Shown piece by piece: positions 14,822-23,808 of a DNA stretch of 32,000 nt. Numbering within the stretch: the first letter of the stretch is position 1; each line of letters opens with the position of its first letter. The stretch is from Thermoproteus tenax Kra 1 (lineage in GTDB: Archaea; Thermoproteota; Thermoprotei; Thermoproteales; Thermoproteaceae). Location of the stretch: positions 900,001-932,000 of the forward strand of contig NC_016070.1 of assembly GCF_000253055.1 (NCBI RefSeq). Reading direction: 5' to 3'. The notes beneath the pieces were generated by a model. That model was not told the origin of the DNA. It did no database searches and worked only from the letters and a program-made list of their open reading frames with translations. The position numbers and the translations under genes were made by a program.

Positions 14822-15595
14822 TCACTCGACAGTCAAGAACCTCTTGGCGACGAGGAGGCCCACAGCGGTGGACGCCGCAGCGAAGACGGCCAGATATGCC
14901 AACGCAGCTGCATCGTAGGGGTCGCTCAATACGACCCCCCTGCCTATTTCCGTCGCAAAAGTTATGGGGTTGACGTCCGCTATGGCCCTCATCCACGCCG
15001 GATAGAACGTCTTGGGGAACAACGCTGTAGAAGTGAACATCAATGGCAAGTTCAAAACGTTGGCCACAAGCTGGGGCAGTTGCCAGTCGGAGGAGCGCAT
15101 GGCCACAGATAGATAGATGCTTGAGAAGCCGAGCCCCAACAACACTAGGGCGGCCATCCACAATAGGTAGCCGCCGAAGTCTGCGGGGAGCCTCACTCCG
15201 AACGCGGCGGCCGCCGCCAACATGATGGGCACTTGCAGGAGCCCCCTCGTGACCGCTCCCAGGACCTTGGAGAAGAACACGGCCTCCCTCGGCGCAGGAG
15301 TCACCAAGATCTTTTTCAAGAAGCCGAAGCGCCGGTCCCACACTATAGACATGGAGCTGAAAGTTCCTATAAACAACATGGACGTGGCCAGCTGGCCCGG
15401 GAGGATAAAGCCGATATAGTTCGATGTGCCGAAGAACTGGACTAAGTACTCCTTGGGCATGCCGTTGAGCGAAGAGCCGAAGAAGATGATCCAGATTATG
15501 GGCTGGACGAAAGTCATAGCCAACGCCGGCGGCCTTCTGTAGATCTTGATTATCTCCCTCTTGTATAGGCCCCAGAAGGCGCCCAGTCCGCTCAT
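14822..15595 (-). CDS. ABC-2 type transporter permease
   Basis: 257 aa: YKREIIKIYRRPPALAMTFVQPIIWIIFFGSSLN...RFGFLKKILVTPAPREAVFFSKVLGAVTRGLLQ...FKT..P..MRAIADVNPITFATE. Confidence 0.9.
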   Translation of the reverse strand: MSGLGAFWGLYKREIIKIYRRPPALAMTFVQPIIWIIFFGSSLNGMPKEYLVQFFGTSNYIGFILPGQLATSMLFIGTFSSMSIVWDRRFGFLKKILVTPAPREAVFFSKVLGAVTRGLLQVPIMLAAAAAFGVRLPADFGGYLLWMAALVLLGLGFSSIYLSVAMRSSDWQLPQLVANVLNLPLMFTSTALFPKTFYPAWMRAIADVNPITFATEIGRGVVLSDPYDAAALAYLAVFAAASTAVGLLVAKRFLTVE

Positions 15596-16563
15596 CGCCT
15601 CGCCCTCTGCACCATTATGTACAACTTTCGGTAGTCCACGTGCGCCTCCTCTATACGCCTCCCCGTCAGCTTCATGAACACGGCGTCCAGCGACGGCCTC
15701 TCGACTCTGAGCGCTCTCACGGCCGAGAAGTCGAGCGCCTTGACTATGGCGGGGATCGCCTCGTCGGCCCTCCTAACGGTTATCCTCACCTTCCCATCGG
15801 CGACTGCCACGTCGACGACCTCGGGGATCGCCTTGAGCCTCGCCAGATCCAGCGGCTTGTCCACGTCCAACTCGACGATCTCTCCACCTACGCTCGCCTT
15901 AAGCTCGTCTGGAGTTCCCACGGCTATTATCTTGCCCAAGTCGATTATGGCGATCCTCCTGCATAGGGCCTCGGCCTCCTCCATGTAGTGAGTCGTCAAA
16001 AGTATCGTCACTCCGAACTCCCTGTTGACAGTCTTTATCAAGTCCCACAACATGGCCCTCGCGTTTACGTCGAGCCCTATCGTGGGCTCATCCAAGAAGA
16101 GCACCTCGGGCGAGTGCAATAGGGCGGTGGCTATCTCGAGCCTCTTCCTCATTCCGGTCGAGAAGCCGCCCACTGGCCTATTGGCGTGTTCCAGCAAGCC
16201 GAAGTAATTCAGAAGCTCCCTAGCCCTCTCCCTCCAGTTCCTCACGCCTTGGAGCCTCGCTTGAAGCTCCAAGTTCTCCCAAGCGGTGAGGTCGTCGTCT
16301 AGGATGACCTCAGAGGACACCCAGCCGACCCTCCTCTTAACCTCGCGTGTCTGTTTCACTACGTCGAAGCCGGCCACATAGGCCTGCCCCGAGGTGGGGG
16401 GCGTCAGACCGGTCAAGATCTTGATGGTGGTCGTCTTGCCCGCCCCGTTTGGGCCGAGCAGGCCGAACACCTCGCCCCTAGCCACGGAGAACGATATACC
16501 GGCCAGGGCAGTGACGGGGCCGTACCTCTTAACTAGATCGACTGCCCTTATGGCCTCAGTCAT
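15592..16563 (-). CDS. ABC-2 type transporter ATP-binding protein (DrrA/CcmA-like)
   Basis: VFGLLGPNGAGKTTTIKILTG...SGQAYVAGFDV...PVGGFSTGMRKRLEIATALLHSPEVLFLDEPTIGLD; 4-nt ATGA overlap with the permease. Confidence 0.94.
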   Translation of the reverse strand: MTEAIRAVDLVKRYGPVTALAGISFSVARGEVFGLLGPNGAGKTTTIKILTGLTPPTSGQAYVAGFDVVKQTREVKRRVGWVSSEVILDDDLTAWENLELQARLQGVRNWRERARELLNYFGLLEHANRPVGGFSTGMRKRLEIATALLHSPEVLFLDEPTIGLDVNARAMLWDLIKTVNREFGVTILLTTHYMEEAEALCRRIAIIDLGKIIAVGTPDELKASVGGEIVELDVDKPLDLARLKAIPEVVDVAVADGKVRITVRRADEAIPAIVKALDFSAVRALRVERPSLDAVFMKLTGRRIEEAHVDYRKLYIMVQRARR

Positions 16564-16600
16564 CGATATATCGAATATTAAGAGTTTTTAACGCTTTGGG

Positions 16601-16711
16601 TCAACTCAGAAGCGATTCCAAAAAGTCGATCTTTTCGGCGCTCCTCTTCAGAGACTGGAGCGCGCCTTTCTCCAAGCCCCATTCCTCTCGGTTTTTATCG
16701 GCCCTAGGCAT
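16601..16711 (-). CDS. Putative 36-aa small protein MPRADKNREEWGLEKGALQSLKRSAEKIDFLESLLS
   Basis: Minus-strand ATG..TGA below the ORF track cutoff; upstream AATTATATAGGTATA ends roughly 20-30 nt before the ATG. Confidence 0.4.
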   Translation of the reverse strand: MPRADKNREEWGLEKGALQSLKRSAEKIDFLESLLS

Positions 16712-16763
16712 GCCCCTAGTCCGCTATACCTATATAATTGTTTAGGTGCAACAATAATACTCC

Positions 16764-17774
16764 CTATATACTGGAATATAACTTAGATCTACGCCTCAAC
16801 TCGACGTCGAATCCGGGGAAAGAGACGCGGCAAGTGTCGTCGTAGAGGTAGACGACGATCTTCGACGGCCCGGCTAGCACAACGTCGCAACAGTCGGGGA
16901 CCCGGGGAAGCTCCGCGGGCTCTACGTGTACTGTGAAACGGCCGCCGAACTTTCTTTCCAAACGCCGTTCTACTCTGTCTGCTATCTTGTGCGCCTCCTC
17001 AATCGTTATATCCCTCTTGACTTTTATCACGACTTCGCCGTGATATACGGGGCCGGCCTTACGGAGCTTCACATCCCCCACGCCCACGACGCCTTCAACC
17101 CCCTTGGCCAAGCGCGCCGCCTCATCTCTGAGCTGAGGCGGCGAATAGTCGAGGAGCTCCAGAGCAGCTCCCCGGGCCGACCTCAAGCTCAGTCTGACGA
17201 AAACTGCAGTTATGCCTGCGGCGACGGCCACATCGATCAACGGGCCGATCTCTCTGAACAGACCTGCGCTCCACTGCTCCAGAGCGAGACCGGTGACGAA
17301 GAGGGCCAGGACTGCCGACGACGCCACTGCGTCTGTGGCGAAGTGTAGAGAGTCTGCGCTCAGAGCTCTGCTGTGTTTGAACCTCCTCAGGACCCTCACG
17401 CGGCTCACGTCGACTACTATGGCTCCGGCGACAGCGGCCGTAGCGCCGAGGTCTGGCGTATAGGTCTCCCAGGCGAGGAGCTTCTCGACAGCCTCGTAGG
17501 CGACGAGGCCGGCCGCTACAAGCACGACGATAGATCCCAGGAGCCCGCCCAAGGCGTCGGCCTTCTGGTGGCCGTACGGATGCTCAAGGTCGGGCGGCTT
17601 CAGGCTGGCTCTGACAGCCAGATAGCTTGTGGCTACGCCGACTACGTCGACTAGAACGTGGGCGAGCTCCGAGAGCGCGGCCACGGAGCCGGTCGTTATC
17701 CACACGGCCGAGTATATGAGAATCACGATGCCTGTTGCCGCTATAGAGGCCCTGGCGGCGCCCAGCTCGTCCAC
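16764..17774 (-). CDS. Cation diffusion facilitator (CDF) family transporter
   Basis: 336 aa: TTGSVAALSELAHVLVDVVGVATSYLAVRASLKPPDLEHPYGHQKADALGGLLGSIVVLVAAGLVAYEAVEKLL...DSLHFATDAVASSAVL. Confidence 0.9.
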   Translation of the reverse strand: MDELGAARASIAATGIVILIYSAVWITTGSVAALSELAHVLVDVVGVATSYLAVRASLKPPDLEHPYGHQKADALGGLLGSIVVLVAAGLVAYEAVEKLLAWETYTPDLGATAAVAGAIVVDVSRVRVLRRFKHSRALSADSLHFATDAVASSAVLALFVTGLALEQWSAGLFREIGPLIDVAVAAGITAVFVRLSLRSARGAALELLDYSPPQLRDEAARLAKGVEGVVGVGDVKLRKAGPVYHGEVVIKVKRDITIEEAHKIADRVERRLERKFGGRFTVHVEPAELPRVPDCCDVVLAGPSKIVVYLYDDTCRVSFPGFDVELRRRSKLYSSI

Positions 17775-17802
17775 AGGGCCTATGATATCGATATTTATAT
17801 GT

Positions 17803-17847
17803 TTTTCGATATTGTTAACTCTGTTAACGCGCAGGTGTTATCGAAAA
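17803..17847. promoter_or_regulatory. Candidate operator: 9-bp inverted repeat flanking two GTTAAC palindromes
   Basis: TTTTCGATA (17803-17811) ... GTTAACTCTGTTAAC (17814-17828) ... TATCGAAAA (17839-17847), between the TATA-like boxes of divergent genes. Confidence 0.55.
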
Positions 17848-17875
17848 CGATTTAAAATAGTGGCGACGAGCTGTC

Positions 17876-18682
17876 GTGAAGATACTAGTGGGCGAGCACC
17901 GCGACGAAAGGATCGAGGCGCTCCCGCCCGAGCTATTGGAGAGGGTGAGGGCCAGAGGCTCGTGGGACGACTACATGAAGATACACGGAGGTCCTCTGGC
18001 GTCTGAAGCAAAGAGGAGGGAGGCCGAGGTCTTGGCCGAGCTCGGCCTTTTGGACGAGGCGTTGAGGAGGGGCAGGGCCATCGTCGCGTCGTATCCGCCG
18101 AGGCTGATAGGCCACAGCTCGGGCAAGGGCGGATACCTCAATCCAGCCGCCTATCTGGCCGCCAAAACCGGCTATCCCCTGATCTCGTTCGACGCACATT
18201 TCCCATGGGGCACTTGGGAGCTACACCTCAAGCTGGGGTTTCCTTTGTTGGCTATATACAGCGGCGCAGAGGGGCCCCATCCGGGGAGGCTGGCCAAGAG
18301 GAGCGATAGAATCGTTGCAGTGCCCCTCCCGCCGGGCGCATCGGACCAGTCCCTAGAGGCGGCCATATCGTTGGCGGAGGGCCTCGGCCCAGTGGTGTTG
18401 GAGGTCGGACTGGACTTCTACTACCGGGAGCCCTCAGGCCACTTCTTCGCCACAGATAGGACGTACTATCGCCTGGGGGCCCTCGTGGGAAGGGGCGGCC
18501 TTGCAGTTTTGGACTGCGTCAGCAAAGCCTCGGCGGAGGCCGCGGCGGCTCTGTTGGCGGGAGCCGAGGGGGGCCCGGAGCCTCCGGACAGGCCGTTCGA
18601 GGAGACGCGCGCCGTCCAGTCGGAGGCGGCAGCGGCGATCAAGAAGGCCAAGGAGCGGGCCCGAAGGATCTTCAAGGTTTAA
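17876..18682 (+). CDS. Conserved-looking hypothetical protein (possible arginase/deacetylase-like fold, not established)
   Basis: 268 aa with GTG start roughly 25 nt after ATTTAAAATA; contains GYPLISFDAHFPWGTWELHLKLG and VVLEVGLDFYYREPSGHFF. Confidence 0.65.
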   Translation: MKILVGEHRDERIEALPPELLERVRARGSWDDYMKIHGGPLASEAKRREAEVLAELGLLDEALRRGRAIVASYPPRLIGHSSGKGGYLNPAAYLAAKTGYPLISFDAHFPWGTWELHLKLGFPLLAIYSGAEGPHPGRLAKRSDRIVAVPLPPGASDQSLEAAISLAEGLGPVVLEVGLDFYYREPSGHFFATDRTYYRLGALVGRGGLAVLDCVSKASAEAAAALLAGAEGGPEPPDRPFEETRAVQSEAAAAIKKAKERARRIFKV

Positions 18683-18705
18683 ATGGACAGAGCGAGAGGA
18701 GGGAC

Positions 18706-19875
18706 ATGGCCAGATCCTCGGTCTTGGCTCTCACCAGCGCCGCCCACTTCATCAACGACGGAAACACGTGGCTTCTGCCCGTTGCCTACGCCTATCTAGT
18801 CAAAGTGCACGGAATGCCTGCGTATCTGGCGGGGATCATAGCCGCCCTCTTCGCGGCCCTCGGCGCTCTGGCCTCGCCCTTGGTGGGGCGCCTTATGGAT
18901 AAATACAAGAGGCCCATGAGGCTGATAGGGCTCGGCCTAGTCTTGTGGGCCCTCGGGCTCGCGGCGTTCGGCCTAGGAGTTCAGACCTACGATCTGCCGC
19001 TCGTGTTCGCAGGCGCTCTTGTCTCCGGATTCGCCTCGGCGTTCTATCACCCGTTGGGCTCCGCGGCCCTCGCGTTAGCCTACGGAGGAAGCAGCGGGGC
19101 GGCCATGGGCATAAACGGGGCCATGGGCAGCTTGGGGAGAGCCCTCTATCCGTCTATCAGCACGGCCCTCTTCGCGGCCCTCGGCAACTACTACTACTCG
19201 CTAATTGCCCTCGCATTGGCCACAGCCGCCGTGGCTGTCCCGACCTTTTTGGCTGAGGAGCCCTCCTACGAGGAGAGGGGAGGCCGCGGCGGGAGGCCCG
19301 AGGCAGTCAATATGAGGGCTGTGGCCGCGCTGACCGCCTCGGCGTTCCTCAGAGGCTTTGCGCTACAGGGGATAAGCCAGTACGTCGGAGTAATCCTGGT
19401 GACCTACTTCGGCTACGCCTTCGGCCAGGGGCTCGGCAACGAGCTCACGGCCTTCTTGCTGCCCGCCATTGTGGGACAGCCCCTCTTCGGCTATCTGAGC
19501 GACGCCGTGGGCAGGAGGACCATGTTGGCCGTCTCAACGGTCGGGGCGGCCCTCTCAGCGGCGGCCTTCGCTGCAACGGGCTCAGTATCTCTGCTTCCCC
19601 TCTTCGGCTTCTTCACCTTCAGCGCGTTCCCGTTGATGCTCTCCCTCGCGGGAGACCTAGTGCCGCGCTCCTCCACGGGCCTGGCCACCTCACTGGTCTG
19701 GGGCCTTGGGAACACCGGCGGAGGCGCGCTGGGGCCGGCGGCCATGGGCTTTATGCTCTCGGCGATGGGCCTCGGCGCAGTGTACGTGATGGCGTCGGTC
19801 GCCCTGGCGTCGGCCGCCACGCTGCTCGCAGTGCCGAGGCCTCCGAGGAGGGGTAGAGTGCCTCTGTTCGGCTAA
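18706..19875 (+). CDS. Major facilitator superfamily transporter
   Basis: 389 aa, many TM segments; SAAHFINDGNTWLLPVAYAYLVKVHGMPAYLAGIIAALFAALGALASPLVGRLMDKYKRPMRLIGLG...LFGYLSDAVGRRTMLAVSTVGA. Confidence 0.9.
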   Translation: MARSSVLALTSAAHFINDGNTWLLPVAYAYLVKVHGMPAYLAGIIAALFAALGALASPLVGRLMDKYKRPMRLIGLGLVLWALGLAAFGLGVQTYDLPLVFAGALVSGFASAFYHPLGSAALALAYGGSSGAAMGINGAMGSLGRALYPSISTALFAALGNYYYSLIALALATAAVAVPTFLAEEPSYEERGGRGGRPEAVNMRAVAALTASAFLRGFALQGISQYVGVILVTYFGYAFGQGLGNELTAFLLPAIVGQPLFGYLSDAVGRRTMLAVSTVGAALSAAAFAATGSVSLLPLFGFFTFSAFPLMLSLAGDLVPRSSTGLATSLVWGLGNTGGGALGPAAMGFMLSAMGLGAVYVMASVALASAATLLAVPRPPRRGRVPLFG

Positions 19876-19907
19876 AAGTTTTAAAGCCCAGGGCTCAGCA
19901 TAGGACA

Positions 19908-19991
19908 GCCGGGGTGGCCGAGCGGCCCAAGGCGCGGGACTTGAGATCCCGTCCCCGCGAGGGGGCGTGGGTTCAAATCCCACCCCCGGCG
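19908..19991 (+). tRNA. tRNA-Ser (anticodon TGA at 19942-19944)
   Basis: GCCGGGG...CCCCGGC acceptor, G73, anticodon stem CGGGA/TCCCG with loop CTTGAGA, long variable arm, T arm GTGGG-TTCAAAT-CCCAC. No intron apparent. Confidence 0.95.
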
Positions 19992-20050
19992 TCCGTTACA
20001 TGCCCTTTGGCACAACACAAAATTTATATTATAGGACGTTCTAGGAGGAT

Positions 20051-20449
20051 ATGAAAGGCCTAACCTCGATAGAGCTGGCGATACTGTTAGCGATAATAAT
20101 AGTGATAGCGGTGGCGGTCGGATGGTATATGTATACGACGTTCCTCTCCAGCACTACAGGGGCCGCCAAGGTGGAGATAGTTAGTGCCCAATATAGCATT
20201 TCAGCGAAAAATCTGACGCTCCAAGTAATAAACCCTGGACCTGTCAATAATGTTGGGGTTGCCAGTATAACTCTTGCGGGCCAGCAGTGTTCAGTGGGTA
20301 GTAGCCTCACAATTCCCATGCAGAGTAGCCCTGTCACAATAACAGTAAGTTGTGGCAGCATTCCAGCAGCAGTTGGCTCGACCCTCCAGGGCACTCTGAC
20401 GCTAACTTCGGGCGCAAGCTATCCGTTCGTGGCAACGGTCGTTTCGTAA
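20051..20449 (+). CDS. Archaeal type IV pilin-like protein with class III signal peptide
   Basis: 132 aa MKGLTSIELAILLAIIIVIAVAVGWYMYTTFLSS... with GG-rich Shine-Dalgarno (CTAGGAGGAT) and TATA-like AATTTATATTA upstream. Confidence 0.82.
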   Translation: MKGLTSIELAILLAIIIVIAVAVGWYMYTTFLSSTTGAAKVEIVSAQYSISAKNLTLQVINPGPVNNVGVASITLAGQQCSVGSSLTIPMQSSPVTITVSCGSIPAAVGSTLQGTLTLTSGASYPFVATVVS

Positions 20450-20497
20450 TATACAGAAAACGAAAACTTTTTTTCTATAAAAATTTTAAATCTACCG

Positions 20498-21601
20498 ATG
20501 ATTATCGATCTTTCTGGAATTGTTGCTATTTACGGGGGCCCAGGGACGGGGAAGACCACTCTCGCCGCATCGGTGGCCCACAAGAGGCTCGCCCAAGGCG
20601 AGAGAGTCCTCTGGGCCTCTTTCTACGAGGACAAGCCCACTCTGCTGAGCTCCATGGCCCGCCTGGGCTACGACTTGAGCGGCGCAGACGTATGGGAGGC
20701 CGTCCTCACAGACCCCACCTCCACCTTCAACCAGATCTCCCACTTAGTCTCCCACAGCCCGCCGAACCTCCTGGTCCTGGACTCTATAACTCAGCTTCAG
20801 GGCGTGGACATCAGAGCCAACGTCACAAACCTTATATACCGCGCCTTCAAATTCGCCGGAATTGACGCCATAATAATCTCGGAGGAGCCGCCCGGCCCCC
20901 TGAGCTACATCGCCGACACGAGCGTCAGAATGTCCCTCGAGCTGACGAGCAGGGGGGTCCCCATCAGGAGGATGGTGGTGGAGAAGTCAAGAGGGGCTCC
21001 CGCCGGCGTGGCCAAAGAGTTTGAGATCCTCGAGGGAGCCGGCATAATCTTCCTAGACGAGCTGAGACCCAAGGTGGCCAAGAGCTCCTCGCTGTCCCTC
21101 GACGGCGCCTCAGTCTCGGGCGCCCGCTCTGCCCTAATTGTCGGAGGCTCCTCCGGAGTGTTCGCGGCCGCGTGGGCCGAGAGGCTGGCCGCCTCAGGCT
21201 CCAGAGTGTTGTTCCGCACCTATAGATCCTCACTCCCCTCCATAAAGGGGGCCCAGGTGGACAAACTGATGGCGGATCCAAAGGCGTACGGCAGACATAT
21301 CTACGAGTTGGTGAAAAAGGTCGAGGAGGCCGACGCCGACGTGGTCTTCTACGACGGCCTCGAAGTGGAGGAGCTGGTCTACGGCGCGAGGGAGGCGTTC
21401 TCCCTCAATTTGAGGAAGATACGCGCGTTGACAGAGCGCGGAATAGCCCTAGTCCTGTCGGGCCTGAGGGGGCGTTGGCTCAGATCCGTAGTAGACGCCG
21501 TAGTTGTGGCGTCTGGAGACATCGCGACGATCTCCAAGCCCTATTCTCCTCCGCTGACCTGCAAGTTCTCGGCCGCCGGCGGGCTCTCGCTCAGCTGTTG
21601 A
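20498..21601 (+). CDS. Double RecA/KaiC-like ATPase with active N-domain and degenerate C-domain
   Basis: 367 aa: VAIYGGPGTGKTTLAASVAHKRLAQGERVLWASFYED...PNLLVLDSITQLQ...; second half ALIVGGSSGVFAAAWAERLAASGSRVLF lacks the P-loop Lys-Thr. Confidence 0.75.
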   Translation: MIIDLSGIVAIYGGPGTGKTTLAASVAHKRLAQGERVLWASFYEDKPTLLSSMARLGYDLSGADVWEAVLTDPTSTFNQISHLVSHSPPNLLVLDSITQLQGVDIRANVTNLIYRAFKFAGIDAIIISEEPPGPLSYIADTSVRMSLELTSRGVPIRRMVVEKSRGAPAGVAKEFEILEGAGIIFLDELRPKVAKSSSLSLDGASVSGARSALIVGGSSGVFAAAWAERLAASGSRVLFRTYRSSLPSIKGAQVDKLMADPKAYGRHIYELVKKVEEADADVVFYDGLEVEELVYGAREAFSLNLRKIRALTERGIALVLSGLRGRWLRSVVDAVVVASGDIATISKPYSPPLTCKFSAAGGLSLSC

Positions 21602-22581
21602 TGCGCTACCTCTTTACGACGGTGCCGGGGCTTGAGGACGTCGCAGTGGAGGAGCTGGCCTCGGTGGGCGCGACGCAAGCATCAGCCGTCAGTCTGACCG
21701 GCAGAGTGATCGCCGAAGTCCCCGCGCCGCCCACATCGCTTCTGGGCCTGCGCTCTGTGGAGAAATTCGGCGTATTTGTGGCGTCCGGCAGCTTCCGGGA
21801 TCTGGCCGATATAGCCTCGGGCGTTATGGCCCACATGGGGGAGATCAAGGAGTACCTCTCGCCCAATACGTCCGTCGGCGTCTCATGCGAGAGGGCCGGG
21901 AAACACCCCTTCAAGTCGAGAGACGTAGAGGCGGCTGTGGGAAGACTGTTCAAGGAGGCGGGCTACCCCATAAACCTGGTCGATCCAGACGTGGAGGTCA
22001 ACGTAGACGTAGTGGGCGACGCGTACTACGTCTGGATAACTTCGACGAAGTCCTCGCTCAAGGACAGAGGGAGGCCCTACCAACACTACGCCGCGCTGAA
22101 CCCCATAGTGGCCTTCGCAATGGCCAAGTTGGCGCGGGTGAAAGACGGCGAGACCGTCTGCGATCTGACGTGCGGCGGGGGTACCATATGTCTTGAGGCC
22201 GCCCGCGCGGCGCGGGTGAGGTGCATCTGCGTGGATATATCGCTCAAACACCTGAGGGGGGCTCTACAGAACTTCAAGGCGGAGGAGACCGACGCCGACG
22301 TGCTCTGGTTCGATTCCACTAAGCTCCACAGAGCAATGAGGCCTGTCTGCGACGTCTTCCTCTTCAATCCGCCCTACGGCGTGAGGATCCCTGCGGATAT
22401 ACATAAATTATATAGAGGTCTGGCCAAGTCAATCTCGGCGCTCGCCAGAGGCGGCGCCAGAGTCGCCGTGGTGACCCCCCGCTGGAGGGCCTTCCTTAAA
22501 TACTTCAGGGGCGAGGTGTGGGAGCGCCGGGTCATATATCAAGGGGGCATCTACAGCTCCATAGTCGTGGGATCACTTTAA
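21601..22581 (+). CDS. THUMP-domain RNA methyltransferase (Trm14/UPF0020-like)
   Basis: MRYLFTTVPGLEDVAVEEL... THUMP-like N-terminus, VCDLTCGGGTICLEAARAARVRCICVDIS, DVFLFNPPYGVRI catalytic N/DPPY. ATG chosen over upstream open frame. Confidence 0.87.
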   Translation: MRYLFTTVPGLEDVAVEELASVGATQASAVSLTGRVIAEVPAPPTSLLGLRSVEKFGVFVASGSFRDLADIASGVMAHMGEIKEYLSPNTSVGVSCERAGKHPFKSRDVEAAVGRLFKEAGYPINLVDPDVEVNVDVVGDAYYVWITSTKSSLKDRGRPYQHYAALNPIVAFAMAKLARVKDGETVCDLTCGGGTICLEAARAARVRCICVDISLKHLRGALQNFKAEETDADVLWFDSTKLHRAMRPVCDVFLFNPPYGVRIPADIHKLYRGLAKSISALARGGARVAVVTPRWRAFLKYFRGEVWERRVIYQGGIYSSIVVGSL

Positions 22582-22604
22582 TTAGGCCGGCGCCCCTTCC
22601 CCTC

Positions 22605-23759
22605 ATGTTGGAGATCCTCGCGTTTCTAGCCTCTGTGGCCTTGATAATAGGCGGCACTCTCTCGCGGAAGATCGACGTTGCAGCGTCCCTCGCCGCCGGC
22701 GCATTGCTGTACGGCGCAATGACCCTCGGGCCGCGCGCGCTCGAGGCCACGATCTCGTCCTTCAACTACTCTATGTTCGAGGTCCTTTCCTCCCTAATAT
22801 TGGCCATGGCGTTAGGATACCTCATGAGGATGAGGCGGGAGGCAATCGCCAGCGGGCTCATCGCAGTGGGCCCCCGTTTCGCGGCCTTCGCCATTCCGGC
22901 GGCCATCGGCTTGTTGCCCATGCCGGGCGGAGCCTACATCTCGGCAGTTGTGGCCGACCCGCTCTACAACAAGATGGGGTTGGGAGGTGCCCAGAGGAGC
23001 TTCCTAAACTACTGGATGCGCCACATATGGATACCCATATGGCCTCTGTTCCAGGGTGTCTTGATAACGGCGGCGGTATTAAACGTCCCAGTGCTCCGCG
23101 TCATATCGTGGTCTTGGCCGGCCAGCGTAGCGGCTCTAGTGGCAGGCGTGGCGGTGGGGGCGAGGGAGGTCAGAAGGGCCGAGGCCGAGGGCAGGCTCAA
23201 GGACCTTGTCTCTCTGTGGCCTCTGTTGGCTGTGGCCGCGCTCTCCCTCATAGCGCCCATATATATAGCTGTGGCCGCGGCCCTAGCCCTTTTCGTGGCC
23301 GTCCACAGGCCAGGCGGGCCCGCTATGGCCGAGGCCTTCAGATACGCTCTAACCCCCCGCATAATGGCCATAATCGTCTTCTCGCTTATGTTCTCAGAAT
23401 ATATAAGGGCCAGCGGCTTGAGCGAGCTCCTCGCCTCACGCCTTGGGGCAGCGGCGCCCCTAGCCGCGTTCTTGGTGCCCTTTCTCGTTGGTCTCGCCAC
23501 CGGCGTCGAGTTCACCTTCGCGGCCCTGGCCTTCCCGCCCCTGGCGCCGCTGTTACATGGCTACCGCCTAGCGGTCGCGTTCCTGGGCGGCTTTCTCGGC
23601 GTTATGTTGAGCCCGGCGCACAGCTGTTTTGTCCTAACTACCGACTATTACAAGGCTGAATATAGAGATGTCTACCGGCTCCTCATAAGAGCCATGCTCG
23701 CTGCGTTGGCTGCGGGCCTCCCCTTGTTCTGGGCCTTAGGCGCCCTATCGCCCGCGTAA
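22605..23759 (+). CDS. DUF401 family membrane protein (GntP/anion permease-like)
   Basis: MLEILAFLASVALIIGGTLSRKIDVAASLAAGALLYG...LIAVGPRFAAFAIPAAIGLLPMPGGAYISAVVADPLYNKMGL...NYWMRHIWIPIWPLFQGVLI...GVMLSPAHSCFVLTTDYYK. Confidence 0.82.
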   Translation: MLEILAFLASVALIIGGTLSRKIDVAASLAAGALLYGAMTLGPRALEATISSFNYSMFEVLSSLILAMALGYLMRMRREAIASGLIAVGPRFAAFAIPAAIGLLPMPGGAYISAVVADPLYNKMGLGGAQRSFLNYWMRHIWIPIWPLFQGVLITAAVLNVPVLRVISWSWPASVAALVAGVAVGAREVRRAEAEGRLKDLVSLWPLLAVAALSLIAPIYIAVAAALALFVAVHRPGGPAMAEAFRYALTPRIMAIIVFSLMFSEYIRASGLSELLASRLGAAAPLAAFLVPFLVGLATGVEFTFAALAFPPLAPLLHGYRLAVAFLGGFLGVMLSPAHSCFVLTTDYYKAEYRDVYRLLIRAMLAALAAGLPLFWALGALSPA

Positions 23760-23808
23760 CGGCGCCTTTGCGTGAAAGGTTTTTATATAGCTCGAGAGGT
23801 GAAGGGCG

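Noticed and set aside
14781-15341. 186-aa minus ORF
   Set aside because: Same-strand shadow frame over the ABC-2 permease, which has clear homology in its own frame.
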